A DNA stretch of 64,000 bases from a virus, in the IMG/VR virus record IMGVR_UViG_3300023202_000137, positions 1 through 64,000 of that record; one strand, 5' to 3'. The notes below the pieces were generated by a model. It saw nothing but the letters and a program-made list of their open reading frames with translations. It ran no database searches and was not told where the DNA came from. The stretch's first letter is position 1. Every line of letters starts with the position of its first letter. The position numbers and the translations under genes are program-made. Positions 25,436 to 35,111 of this stretch are shown in pieces.

Positions 25436-25792
25436 ATGAGCGCAAAAACTCGCGTTCTCTTTGTAGATGACGACTCGATGATGCTCCGCGCAGTCGTTCG
25501 GATATTCAGAAACCAGGAGCGATGGGAACTCATCACAGCTCAAGACGCTGAAAGCGCGCGACCACATCTCGCCTCGGTGGATGTGGTAGTAACTGATTGG
25601 GATCCTTCGGGCGCGGCGATGGTCGCCCTCTGCAGGAAGCACGGTCTACCGGTGGGGGTGGTGTCTGGCCGCGCGGTCGGGCAAGATGACTCGGAAGCCG
25701 GGGAACGTGAGCGCCGTCAGCTCGACGGTGCTCCGTTCATCAGCAAGCCTTTCCAGCGTTCTGAAATGGTCGAGTTTCTGGAGTCGTTATGA
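25436..25792 (+). CDS. Single-domain response regulator (CheY-like receiver)
   Basis: VLFVDDD, VVVTD phospho-Asp, VVSG, KPF; AAGGAG SD, ATG 25436. Confidence 0.85.
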   Translation: MSAKTRVLFVDDDSMMLRAVVRIFRNQERWELITAQDAESARPHLASVDVVVTDWDPSGAAMVALCRKHGLPVGVVSGRAVGQDDSEAGERERRQLDGAPFISKPFQRSEMVEFLESL

Positions 25793-26169
25793 CGCTACAG
25801 GAACAGGTCGAGGCTTTCGAGAAAAGCCTGATCGAACGGACGTTGACCATGACGGACGGCAACGTTCGCGCATCAGCAAAGGCCCTGGGCACGGCAGAAC
25901 GAACACTGTGGGACAAGCTCGGGAAGCACGAGATCGACCCCAAGGTCTTCCGGCCCGGGGCCAACCCCGATGCCGCAGGTATCAAACGGGTTGCCCTCTA
26001 CGTGAGCACCATGATCGAGCACTTCAAGGAACTCAACCTCGACTCGGCCATGTGCGACCTAGACGATCTGAGTGACCGCCTCTACTACGGTGGGTGGAAA
26101 ACCGAGGACCCACGGACAGCCGCCGCCGTCTCGCGAGCCCTCATCACTGGGTCACTTGAGCATCTCTAA
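25789..26169 (+). CDS. Fis-type HTH protein
   Basis: L.EQVEAFEKSLIERTL...GNV..SAKALG...RTL..KL.KH.I. Confidence 0.8.
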   Translation: MTLQEQVEAFEKSLIERTLTMTDGNVRASAKALGTAERTLWDKLGKHEIDPKVFRPGANPDAAGIKRVALYVSTMIEHFKELNLDSAMCDLDDLSDRLYYGGWKTEDPRTAAAVSRALITGSLEHL

Positions 26170-26561
26170 CCGGGAGAAGCCACGGCATACATAATGCCAA
26201 CGGTGACCCCAACTCCTGCACCAAAGGCTAGCCCGTACTTCAGCACCAGCCCTGGGGTCGAATCCCAGAAGCCTGGGGTTTTGATTTCCTCAACCTCCCG
26301 TTGCTCGCAGGCTCCTAGGTCGCGCGAGCACGACTCCAGGTCTTTGCCCATGACCGAGATCTTCTCGAAGTCCTCGCGGTGTAGAAGGTACGCCTTGGGG
26401 TAGAGCTTCAGCTCACCTCCACGTTTCCCCTTCACATCGCGCAGCACGGTAGGGGCAAAATACTCGGGCCACTCTTGGGCGGGTTCCTCTGCAGCCGCGC
26501 TAGTCGCGACGACCAAACACCCCAGCAACGTCGTCCAGAAGCTCCTCGTCGTCCATCGCAT
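26166..26561 (-). CDS. Spanin-like exported protein with C-terminal TM
   Basis: N-terminal signal (LLGC or AAA cleavage), short coiled coil, C-terminal hydrophobic helix; overlaps the upstream gene. Confidence 0.5.
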   Translation of the reverse strand: MRWTTRSFWTTLLGCLVVATSAAAEEPAQEWPEYFAPTVLRDVKGKRGGELKLYPKAYLLHREDFEKISVMGKDLESCSRDLGACEQREVEEIKTPGFWDSTPGLVLKYGLAFGAGVGVTVGIMYAVASPG

Positions 26562-26757
26562 CAGCGTCGTCCTTTGCCTTGTAGTGTTCCAGCTCGCGCT
26601 GCAGTTCCAGGCGAGACTTTCGTTCGAGCGCGTGTTGCTCTGCCACCTTGCGCAACTTCCAGTGGAGGATAGCTATCCACAAACCGCCACCCCCACCCAA
26701 GAGCAGCACGAGTATCACGACCCCTTTTACTGAGTCACCGTCCATCTCACATCCCAA
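26500..26757 (-). CDS. i-spanin-like membrane protein
   Basis: N-terminal TM plus coiled coil; 62-nt overlap with the next gene. Confidence 0.5.
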   Translation of the reverse strand: MGCEMDGDSVKGVVILVLLLGGGGGLWIAILHWKLRKVAEQHALERKSRLELQRELEHYKAKDDADAMDDEELLDDVAGVFGRRD

Positions 26758-28423
26758 TCACACGCATTCGCATGCTTAGTTCTGGTCCGTCTTCCTCGTC
26801 CTCGTCTTGCTGAAACTGAGCCAGTGCATTGATGGCTCGCAGGCAAGCGTTTACGAACGCGTCCACCATATCGTCATGTCTCGCCAAGGGGAACTTGGTC
26901 AGCTCCCCGATTAGGTTTCCTTTTTCCTTCACGAACCCAAGTCGCTCGGGGTCCATGTTCGGGTGAAAGAGAATATCTCCGCGCTCGATGTATGGTGTGA
27001 TTCGCTTGAGTCGCGACATTTTATCGACTCTCGGTCGCATTCGAACGATAGGCAGTTGAGGTACGCGACGAACCTTGCGCATTTCAAGCGTCGTAGACCC
27101 ATCGCTGGAAACAGACTTCTCCCATCCAAGATCTCTGAACGAGCGGTTTGCGATGGTGTCCAGGTATTGAGGCAGTGAGTCCTGATAAGCGATGGCCTCA
27201 ATTGCGACTTCTTCTGACGTGTGGAGCATGAAGTCTTCAACAACGTGGCGAGCTTGATTATCGAACGTCGTTTTTGTGTGGTACGCATCTGTCACGTAGA
27301 TCTTCCCAAGTTCAAAATCCACGTACACGGTAGCCGAGGCAAAAAAGTCTGCTTGTTTCTTTTGGGAGATCGCCAGGTCGTAGCCGGAATATGGAACGAC
27401 GTGCTCTGCAAGTTTCTTTGGGTCGAAGTATTCGATCCAGTCCTCGTCAACGACAATAATCTCCCCGGACAAAGCCTGGTTTCGAAACGCTCGATTGAAC
27501 TCTACGCTCCCAATTTCTTGTTCGCGCTCTTTCAGTGCAGCGGTGTGCCAGTGCTCCTCCCATAAACCCTCGGTCCACTTTTTGGGTTTGCGGTTTTTTC
27601 CAGGCACGCGGTACTCAACGTCGAAGCCGTCCACGTCGTCGTTGACTGCGTACATCAGGCAAGCGTACGCAGGGTTCTCCATCAGCACGTGGCTGTTGTC
27701 GTCAGTGTGCCAAAGGGTGCAGATGTAAACGATACGACCATCCGGCTCTAGCAGGTTGGTCCAGTCTGACTTCCATGCGTGCTTGATTGTCTCGCGGATT
27801 TGGGGGTACTGGATTGCGTTTCGTCGGTCTACGATGTCGTCTGCAATGAGTAGGTCTGCACGACCACCGGTTGCAGTCGAGAGAATCCCTAGCGCCTCAA
27901 TGCTCGCATCTTTCGAGAACAGATCACGCTCAACGACTACCTTGTGCTTTGTCCAGTCGCCGCGCTGTGCTGGCTTCAGATGCGGGAACACTTTTTGGAC
28001 GCGCTCGTTGCGCTCCATGTGGTCAGTGATTTCAAATAGCCGCTCCATCGCTTTGGAGTCTGACTGGCAGGCAATCTTGATACGAAGGTTTGGGTTATTT
28101 CCAAGTTCCCACAGCACGCGACCCACGGGAATCTGCGTAGTCTTGCCGTGGTCACGAGGGGCGATGATCATTGCACGCTGGTATCCGTTTGGATTCCAAG
28201 TAGGGTGCTTGACCTGACGCTGCCAGTTCCGGTGGAACTGTTGCTGCTTTAGGTTCTTTCCGCTCTTGTCTGCAAAGACGTACTCAATAAATGCGTTGGG
28301 ATCTTCGCGTGCGGCCTCAATCTGCAGCTCCTCGTTGAGCGCACGGATCTTGAGAACGAGGTCGTGTAGCTGCTCTAAGTCATCTTCAGACTGTGCGGCT
28401 CGAATTGCTTTTTCGAGCCGCAC
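26747..28423 (-). CDS. terL: Terminase large subunit
   Basis: APRDHGKT, TGGRADLLIADD, YDLA, DF.A, HDDMVDA; may start at CTG 28456. Confidence 0.92.
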   Translation of the reverse strand: MRLEKAIRAAQSEDDLEQLHDLVLKIRALNEELQIEAAREDPNAFIEYVFADKSGKNLKQQQFHRNWQRQVKHPTWNPNGYQRAMIIAPRDHGKTTQIPVGRVLWELGNNPNLRIKIACQSDSKAMERLFEITDHMERNERVQKVFPHLKPAQRGDWTKHKVVVERDLFSKDASIEALGILSTATGGRADLLIADDIVDRRNAIQYPQIRETIKHAWKSDWTNLLEPDGRIVYICTLWHTDDNSHVLMENPAYACLMYAVNDDVDGFDVEYRVPGKNRKPKKWTEGLWEEHWHTAALKEREQEIGSVEFNRAFRNQALSGEIIVVDEDWIEYFDPKKLAEHVVPYSGYDLAISQKKQADFFASATVYVDFELGKIYVTDAYHTKTTFDNQARHVVEDFMLHTSEEVAIEAIAYQDSLPQYLDTIANRSFRDLGWEKSVSSDGSTTLEMRKVRRVPQLPIVRMRPRVDKMSRLKRITPYIERGDILFHPNMDPERLGFVKEKGNLIGELTKFPLARHDDMVDAFVNACLRAINALAQFQQDEDEEDGPELSMRMRVIGM

Positions 28424-28448
28424 AACCTGGGCGCGTAGCTTTTTCTTG

Positions 28449-28967
28449 CTAGCCAGATGCCGCTTCCTTTTTCTTTGCCTCTTCCTTTTTCTCGCGCTTG
28501 TTCATTAGGAGGTTAGCTATCGACTCGTGCTGCGCAATCGCAGTTGGCCCGGTAAAGACTCCCACCATGATAGCTTCGACGGGAGAAGCTCCACCTAGGA
28601 TGGATGCGAGGACCCCAGCAACTCCGCCTAGTACGATAGGTATCGCGGTGCGCCAGCGTTTAGGAATCTTCTTTGTCACACCCCCCAACATGGGCAAGCG
28701 AAACAAGTTTCCGAGCAGCATGATGAGAGTGCCAGCAATGCCAATCCAAGATCCGGTGCGCACTGCATTCACGAGATCACCAGCACTCTGCAGGGTTTCT
28801 GGAAGCGTGGACTCCCCTTCCATGTCTGCAGGTGCTGGCGCTGCAGGTTCCGCCGCTGCAGAGGCGGTAGCTTCTTGCGCGTACGCAACCGGCACCACCT
28901 CTGCAGGATGAGGGTTTACGCTGAACGCGCCCAATGCGAGGGCGAGGGACAAGAACAATCGCTTCAT
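28449..28967 (-). CDS. Multi-TM membrane protein with signal peptide (holin/antiholin-like)
   Basis: Signal peptide plus 2-3 TM helices and a basic tail. Confidence 0.55.
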   Translation of the reverse strand: MKRLFLSLALALGAFSVNPHPAEVVPVAYAQEATASAAAEPAAPAPADMEGESTLPETLQSAGDLVNAVRTGSWIGIAGTLIMLLGNLFRLPMLGGVTKKIPKRWRTAIPIVLGGVAGVLASILGGASPVEAIMVGVFTGPTAIAQHESIANLLMNKREKKEEAKKKEAASG

Positions 28968-28969
28968 GC

Positions 28970-29311
28970 TTAGCCTCCGTTTTTCACTGCTGCTTGAGTG
29001 AGCAGATTTAGCTCATCGAGCCCCTTGGTCAAGCCGTTGGACTTGGCCACGGTACGCTCGACCATTCGCTTCAGCTCTTTGTGCCCTAGCTCACCTCGCA
29101 ACGCCTTTTGCTTGGCAAGTGCCAAGTTTAGTTGGTCGCTCGATATCTTGCCAAGGTCTAAAAGGGCCTCGCCCATTTTCTTTTCTTGGAGTAGCTGAAG
29201 CGCACTGTCCACATCGACCTGCTTGCAGAGGCCCATTTCAATCAGCACGTTTCCGATGCTCGTTGGGTCTTCCTCGGGTGTCTGTCGATGGCGACGTTTG
29301 CTTTTCAGCAT
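28970..29311 (-). CDS. MshEN-like (PilB/GspE N-terminal) domain protein
   Basis: SIGNVLIEMGL...AL / KMGEALLDLGKISSDQLNLALAKQ tandem motif. Confidence 0.65.
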   Translation of the reverse strand: MLKSKRRHRQTPEEDPTSIGNVLIEMGLCKQVDVDSALQLLQEKKMGEALLDLGKISSDQLNLALAKQKALRGELGHKELKRMVERTVAKSNGLTKGLDELNLLTQAAVKNGG

Positions 29312-29314
29312 GCC

Positions 29315-29551
29315 TCATCCTCCTGGTGGTTTGATGAACGTGATCACGAAGTCTTTGAGGTTCGTAATTGTGGATTCTAGCTTAGTGAACGACGCGCTGT
29401 TGGCTTCAACCAGTTTGACGATCTGCATTGCAAGGTCGCGGTTGTCCCGGTCCTTCCGCCAGTAGGCCCAGCCGAGAAAAACAACGAGGCCCCAGGGTCC
29501 GGCCTCCCTCAAAAATTCTGCTGCTAAAGCGAGGGCATCCATCTGCGACAA
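29315..29551 (-). CDS. Holin-like single-TM coiled-coil protein
   Basis: GPWGLVVFLGWAYW plus coiled coil. Confidence 0.55.
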   Translation of the reverse strand: MSQMDALALAAEFLREAGPWGLVVFLGWAYWRKDRDNRDLAMQIVKLVEANSASFTKLESTITNLKDFVITFIKPPGG

Positions 29552-29575
29552 CGTACCATCGTCAGATCTGTCTAG

Positions 29576-29923
29576 CTAGTGGGATACCGGTTCGGCCTTC
29601 TCTGGCGTCTCGACGAGGGTTTCACTCGGGGGGTCGACTCGAACATAGTCGTCGTACCATTTAATCAGGGTGTCGCGCGACATTTGCAGGGCCCCTTTTT
29701 TGCCGATGCATGAGTCCTGTAGCGAGGCGAGCATCTGCTTTGCGCGTTCCATGCTGATCATGTCACTGGCCAGAGCTTTCGCTAGAGTGCGAGCGTCATC
29801 CAGGAATGCGTTGAAGCGTGCGTCGGCTGTTGGGTTTTCTTCGTTCGACTTGAGCAGCTCGTCGATGATCTGCGCGGTGCTCTTGTCTTGCTCCTGCGCT
29901 TCTAGTGGTTGTCCTTTTTCCAT
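29576..29923 (-). CDS. Hypothetical coiled-coil protein (fibre chaperone?)
   Basis: Directly follows the fibre gene. Confidence 0.55.
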   Translation of the reverse strand: MEKGQPLEAQEQDKSTAQIIDELLKSNEENPTADARFNAFLDDARTLAKALASDMISMERAKQMLASLQDSCIGKKGALQMSRDTLIKWYDDYVRVDPPSETLVETPEKAEPVSH

Positions 29924-29945
29924 GTCTGTACCTGTACCTGTTGGG

Positions 29946-32459
29946 TTACTTCTTCTTTTTGGCGGGCTTCGTTGTCGCGTCCTTCTCTACCTCTAGCGTC
30001 TCCTCTTCGATGAAAGTTTTGCCGGTCAGTTCTTCGAGTGCCCTGATAGCTCGCTCCATCCTGAACACCTTACGAAATCCTCGCACCTTGTTCTCGGTGT
30101 GGAGATAGTATTCGCCGGTCTTGGGATCGTGTGGAGAGATTTGGGTGACGGTACCACCCTGGTCTCGAACGAAGACTTCTGCGAGCCCGCCAACATCTTT
30201 GGCATAGACTTGGGCTTTGTTGACTAGGCCGGTTGGATCTCCAACTCGCTCCCCCAAGTAGATTGCGTGGTTGTCGCCGCCGATGTTTCCGACGTAAAAC
30301 CCATCGGTGTTGCTCCCTCCACCGTGCACCATCCTGAACCGTGTGTTGGAATCGAAACGAAATGTTAGCTCATCACCACTGGTTATCGATCCAATCGCCA
30401 CCTGGAGGGATGCTGCGAGGTCGGAGTTAAAGCGCAGAGCCCCTGTTCCCCCAAAAGACCCATCGAGTTGTAGTCTATTTGCAACACCACCCGCACGAAC
30501 GGCGAGTATGCCTTGGCTGGATCCAACATCAAGGCTCATGTACTCCGTGTTGCCGATCAACCAGTCCCAACTGTCTGCGCTTCGGTCGTACCGGATAAAG
30601 TCTCCAGAGTCGCCACGAAACTCTCCGTCAACTCCGTTCCAAAACAGACCAAAGTTCTGGATACCAACCTCTAGGCCATCTACGCTCGTAGGCCCAAACC
30701 CCACTGCGCCAACGACGAGACCCTCTCGAATATTCACGCCGCCATTCTGCAGAACGAAGTCGTTGGTGCTACCGCGCTCGAATCGAAACGAGTCGAAGGT
30801 TCGACTGTAGATAAGCGCGTCACCACTATCGAAGCGCAAAATCCGGTCGTCACCGCTAAGACTCAAGTTGAAGTTGGCGTCATCTACAACGAACGAGGTA
30901 TCGACAAAAACTGACTGGTACGGGTTGGCAAGGCTACCGATGTTCGAGTTGGATTGCAGAGGAATGATAGAGCCACGTTGACGGAACTCACTGACGAGTG
31001 GCTCGATTTCCAGAACTCGAATCGGAACCCCGCCTGAATACACATCGGCCTGCAGCTCACCTGTGTCATCTGCGCCAGCCCGAACCGCCGCAAGGGAGGC
31101 AATGACGTTGGTGACCACAGCGTCGTCTTCGATTGCGAAAGCAACCAAGGGGCCAAACCCGTCTGCCATGTTTCCACTGGAGAGGGCGCGGAAGTCCAGA
31201 GCTTGCTGTGTGCCCGTGGTGGAGGCAGTGTCGATCCGTATCGCGTCCGGGCTAGTGCTTCCCCTTCGTATCCGTTTGCTCATCTCGGTTACGAGAAAAT
31301 CGAGAGTGTTGGCCACGGTATCTGCAGGTGCCGTGAACACTGGCGGTACGAATGAGGGCGCCCCAGCTTGGCCGTCGTATCCGACTTGCGCAGACCCCAG
31401 GCCACCCGTTGTGGACTGCAGATCGTCGATCAATTCCTCGATAGCTGCTTGGACATTTCCCGAGCTAACGTAGTCGTGTGGGGTGAACGAAACACTCGCT
31501 GCTGTGAAGGGAGTCGTGCGAATGGTTTCTAGGTAGTCGAGCAGGGTTTCGATCTGTGCGTTGACAGTACCCTCGGCCAGGGTCAGTGGTGACCCAAGGG
31601 CAACGCCGCTACCACTCTTTGCGTTCGCCCCTACTTTCGTCGCGCCGTTGCTTGCACCGCCCGCAGTGGCTAGGTCTGTGATCACATCGTTGATGGCTGC
31701 ACGAAGGGTTGCGCTTGCATACCCAAGGGCAGTACCCCCGGTTGGGGTAAGCGTAAATCCTTCGATCCCGATGAGGGTGGCACCCTCACCAGCCGCCTGA
31801 CTTGCTAGCTCCCCTACGTAGGCGTTGTAGTCGGACAAGATGTCGTCGAGAACTTCCTTGGTCCTACCACGCACAACGTCGAGCCTCGTGTTACCCGTAC
31901 TGCGAAAGAAATCCTGACGGCGAGAAACATCCAGGTTGCCGTTCGTAATGGTGGATTGCCCAAATGCGCGAGTGATGTCTACGAGCAAGATCGCATCTGG
32001 TCGAAGTGGTGGCGCTGTGGGGGCAACGTCTTCTGCGCTTTGAACCACGAAGAGACTGAACGATGCATTGCGACGAAAGAAAACCGTCACGCTGTTACCG
32101 TCCGTCTCAGGCTGCTGCAGATCTTCTGCGAACTCTGCAAAAACCGAGATTATTCGGCTGTTTCCGGGCGTGAGGACTTCGGTAGATGCCCCGAGGTTGT
32201 CTTGGCTAACGTCAACGATCTGCGGGTCTGGCCAGGAAACCTGCTTGCCTTCGGGGGTAAATAGAAGCGCATCGCCACTCACGTCAACAGTGAGAGCTGG
32301 TGGCCCCGACTCTGTAACCTCGCCATTTTTGACGATTCCGCTGAAACCTTTCTGCTCGTCACCAATTGCAGACTCGATACGATCCTGCACCTGGTCGAAC
32401 GCCAGATCCATATCGCCTTCGGTCACTAGCTGGCGGAAGAAAAAGTCCAGTCTATCCAT
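29946..32459 (-). CDS. Tail fibre protein
   Basis: MDRLDFFFRQLVTE.. N-terminus after the gpI-like gene; beta-rich repeats; chaperone-like C-terminus. Confidence 0.75.
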   Translation of the reverse strand: MDRLDFFFRQLVTEGDMDLAFDQVQDRIESAIGDEQKGFSGIVKNGEVTESGPPALTVDVSGDALLFTPEGKQVSWPDPQIVDVSQDNLGASTEVLTPGNSRIISVFAEFAEDLQQPETDGNSVTVFFRRNASFSLFVVQSAEDVAPTAPPLRPDAILLVDITRAFGQSTITNGNLDVSRRQDFFRSTGNTRLDVVRGRTKEVLDDILSDYNAYVGELASQAAGEGATLIGIEGFTLTPTGGTALGYASATLRAAINDVITDLATAGGASNGATKVGANAKSGSGVALGSPLTLAEGTVNAQIETLLDYLETIRTTPFTAASVSFTPHDYVSSGNVQAAIEELIDDLQSTTGGLGSAQVGYDGQAGAPSFVPPVFTAPADTVANTLDFLVTEMSKRIRRGSTSPDAIRIDTASTTGTQQALDFRALSSGNMADGFGPLVAFAIEDDAVVTNVIASLAAVRAGADDTGELQADVYSGGVPIRVLEIEPLVSEFRQRGSIIPLQSNSNIGSLANPYQSVFVDTSFVVDDANFNLSLSGDDRILRFDSGDALIYSRTFDSFRFERGSTNDFVLQNGGVNIREGLVVGAVGFGPTSVDGLEVGIQNFGLFWNGVDGEFRGDSGDFIRYDRSADSWDWLIGNTEYMSLDVGSSQGILAVRAGGVANRLQLDGSFGGTGALRFNSDLAASLQVAIGSITSGDELTFRFDSNTRFRMVHGGGSNTDGFYVGNIGGDNHAIYLGERVGDPTGLVNKAQVYAKDVGGLAEVFVRDQGGTVTQISPHDPKTGEYYLHTENKVRGFRKVFRMERAIRALEELTGKTFIEEETLEVEKDATTKPAKKKK

Positions 32460-32461
32460 GG

Positions 32462-34690
32462 TTACGGCTCCACCGTATTGATGTGGTGCGTATGGGGCGG
32501 TTTCATGAAATCCACAATCTCTCGCAGTTGTCGTCGTTCCTCGTCACTGAGTGTCCTATCAACTTCAACGTCAAAACTGTAGAGGGAAGCCGAGTCGTCC
32601 AACCCCAAGAAGGTACCCTCTCCAAGCTCATCCTCCCCCAAAACCCAGCCGTCTAGGTCGTTGAACTCTACAATAAGGCATTGCGCGATACCTAGAAAGA
32701 ACTCCACGGCAGCACAGATCCCAGGGGCCGTACCCTTCAGCTTGTAGATATCCACGAGGATTCTTGCCAGCTTGCGCTTGTCGTTCTCGCTGAGATCGAA
32801 GGCGAAGGGGTTACCGAGCGATTCCAGAATCACGTCGAGGAACTGCTCGTCTGCTGTGTCGATGTCGAGAATATCAACCCATTCATCGATCTTGCAGAGA
32901 ATTAGATCGACCACGTCCTGCAGGACGTTCGAGAACCGCAGTAGATCGAGCGACTCATCTTCGCGACGGTTCAGCTCAGCAAACATTTTGTAGATGCAGA
33001 AGTTTCTCCGGTCCGGTGCTTGCGGTTGGAATGCGTCGAACACTGCCTGTGCTGGGCCTGCAGCATTCCCGAATAAGTCCTCAACATTGTTGATGATCAC
33101 ACGGTACTGCAGCTCATTTCCTTCACATGAAAGGTGCCGGCTCATCTCAACATCTAGGGTTACGTCGTACTCCGTGTCAGAAATCTTCTCGACCGACACT
33201 GCGTTGAGCGACACTGCTGGCGTGATGCTGTCGTGGATTGCCTCGAAAGTGTAGTTCGATGGCGTAAGCGCATCTGCTGCTGTGCCGTCTCCGGTCGCGC
33301 GTACCGCCTCGTCAAAAATGACTCGCACAGTTTTCTTGTCCAGTGCGATTGCTGAGGCTGCCTCTGGCGGTGTGAGGTCTTCGATGGTGAACGAGTACGA
33401 CTCTGCGAAGGGTGATCCCCCACCAACGAGGTCGCTAGTCACATCGACTTGGATAACATCGAGGCTCAGGAACACCGCAGGAGGAACGAGTAAGAAGCTC
33501 AACCCGTCCGGGCCTCCTGCACCTGGGGAGGTCAAATCAGTCACAACAACACCCCACCCGTTCTGTGGTGAGGCTCCGTCCCAAGCAAGTACGCCGTCAA
33601 CTGTTATGGTCGTTGCTGTTTGATCTGGCTGGCTTGCTCCGGTGTTCCAGATCTCCAAGTACACGTTGGAACTGATGGGTACTTGGGTTTCGTTGGGCTC
33701 CGGGTTCTGGCTGAGGATGACGATGCCCGTGTCCTCGTCACAGAAAACGTTGTCCAGGTAGATCGCAGGCAGCTCAACGTCGATGGCTGGGTTGATGCTG
33801 CTGACCACCGCAGAGGCAGTGCCGCCGCTTTGCCCAGGCACGATACCGCTCACAACGTTCTGAGCTGTTGGCTGCGCGCTGCTACCGCTCGTTGCTGCAG
33901 AAAGTCCCGAGGTCTCCCGCGTCACTTCCGGCACTGCGTTCGAGCCGGATTGAGCCTCCACAGTACCGCCGCTTTCAATGTCTCCCGTTGCTTCAGCTCG
34001 AAGAGTGATCAGGTGACTGATCCAATCGTCGAACGGAACCGTGTCCCCACCAAAGGTCAGACTTTCACTGACGCTTTGAGTGACGGTAAGGATTAGATCA
34101 TGGACAGTGATCTTGCCTTCGATTGTCCCGAAGCCGACTGGACCGTCTACGCGCTGGGTGAACGTCGCTGGGGTGTGGGTTTGGCCGCCGTCGTTTGAAC
34201 CGATAAAAGCTATCGCAACTTCATCAGCTTGCGATGTCACACCGGTTGCTCCGGTGGTTATTGGATCTCCGTCCCCTTCGTTGGTTACGAGTTGATCCTG
34301 TGCGGGTACCAGGATGTTGACGTATTCTAATGCAGCGATGTTGAAGTTGTATGCGCTGCTTTTTGGCGCGAGCACTTCAACGAAGCGGCTCGCATTGTTG
34401 TCTGGAACAATTCCCAGCCAAACCTCGTGCCGAATGAAAACATCGCCAGCACTTTGTGCGTTTGCAATTCGCGCGTAGCTGAATCCGGTCTTGGTCCCAC
34501 TCTCTGTGCTTTGGATGACACTGGTGATTGCTTCTGGATCGCCGTCGTTTGGATCTAGCGCCGTGGCCCCAACGACAATGATGGACCCAGGCAACGGGTC
34601 CTGTGGCAGCTCGAAGACGGGGGGGTTTAGAAATGCCCCCGCACCCCCAGCACGTATTACGTGCGATTGTCTGAAGACAGCGCCAGCCAT
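32462..34690 (-). CDS. Baseplate wedge / P2 gpI-like tail protein with N-terminal extension
   Basis: C-terminal DID.A...LD..L..LG...Y.LKGT..G...MKP.HT. Confidence 0.75.
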   Translation of the reverse strand: MAGAVFRQSHVIRAGGAGAFLNPPVFELPQDPLPGSIIVVGATALDPNDGDPEAITSVIQSTESGTKTGFSYARIANAQSAGDVFIRHEVWLGIVPDNNASRFVEVLAPKSSAYNFNIAALEYVNILVPAQDQLVTNEGDGDPITTGATGVTSQADEVAIAFIGSNDGGQTHTPATFTQRVDGPVGFGTIEGKITVHDLILTVTQSVSESLTFGGDTVPFDDWISHLITLRAEATGDIESGGTVEAQSGSNAVPEVTRETSGLSAATSGSSAQPTAQNVVSGIVPGQSGGTASAVVSSINPAIDVELPAIYLDNVFCDEDTGIVILSQNPEPNETQVPISSNVYLEIWNTGASQPDQTATTITVDGVLAWDGASPQNGWGVVVTDLTSPGAGGPDGLSFLLVPPAVFLSLDVIQVDVTSDLVGGGSPFAESYSFTIEDLTPPEAASAIALDKKTVRVIFDEAVRATGDGTAADALTPSNYTFEAIHDSITPAVSLNAVSVEKISDTEYDVTLDVEMSRHLSCEGNELQYRVIINNVEDLFGNAAGPAQAVFDAFQPQAPDRRNFCIYKMFAELNRREDESLDLLRFSNVLQDVVDLILCKIDEWVDILDIDTADEQFLDVILESLGNPFAFDLSENDKRKLARILVDIYKLKGTAPGICAAVEFFLGIAQCLIVEFNDLDGWVLGEDELGEGTFLGLDDSASLYSFDVEVDRTLSDEERRQLREIVDFMKPPHTHHINTVEP

Positions 34691-34700
34691 GGGTTAGGCC

Positions 34701-35111
34701 CTAGTCTAGCGTGACTTCTAGGTTTCCTGCAGGAAACTCCAACGTGTCCCCGTTGTCGATTGCTTTGGCTGGGTTCAGCGCACCATAGGCCAGAAGATTC
34801 CCTCCACCACCAGCGTCGAAGATACCAAAATGAGTCAGCACGCCCCAGCTACCGCTTGCTTGTGGAAAGCTAATTAGTGCCGCGTTTGGTTTGCTGGAAG
34901 GGTCTCCCGTTACCGCAGGGTCCCACCCAGCACCAGTGTTAGGCACAGACACGCGAGCGTAGCCGTTGCCGACTGGCTCGGTGAAGTTTGTTCCATCGTC
35001 CGCAGGGGTCGTGGTTGAAAGCCCAATATGAACCGGGTCAGGGAAGAGTGAAGAGGTAGCCCCGAGCAACGCATCGAGCACAGCATCTTCGGTTTGGTTT
35101 GTGAAACTCAT
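34701..35111 (-). CDS. Small virion fibre-associated protein (paralog of 51929..52330)
   Basis: IGLST..P.D.G...EPVGNGYARV...FP.ASGSWG..THFGIFD...GNLL. Confidence 0.7.
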   Translation of the reverse strand: MSFTNQTEDAVLDALLGATSSLFPDPVHIGLSTTTPADDGTNFTEPVGNGYARVSVPNTGAGWDPAVTGDPSSKPNAALISFPQASGSWGVLTHFGIFDAGGGGNLLAYGALNPAKAIDNGDTLEFPAGNLEVTLD

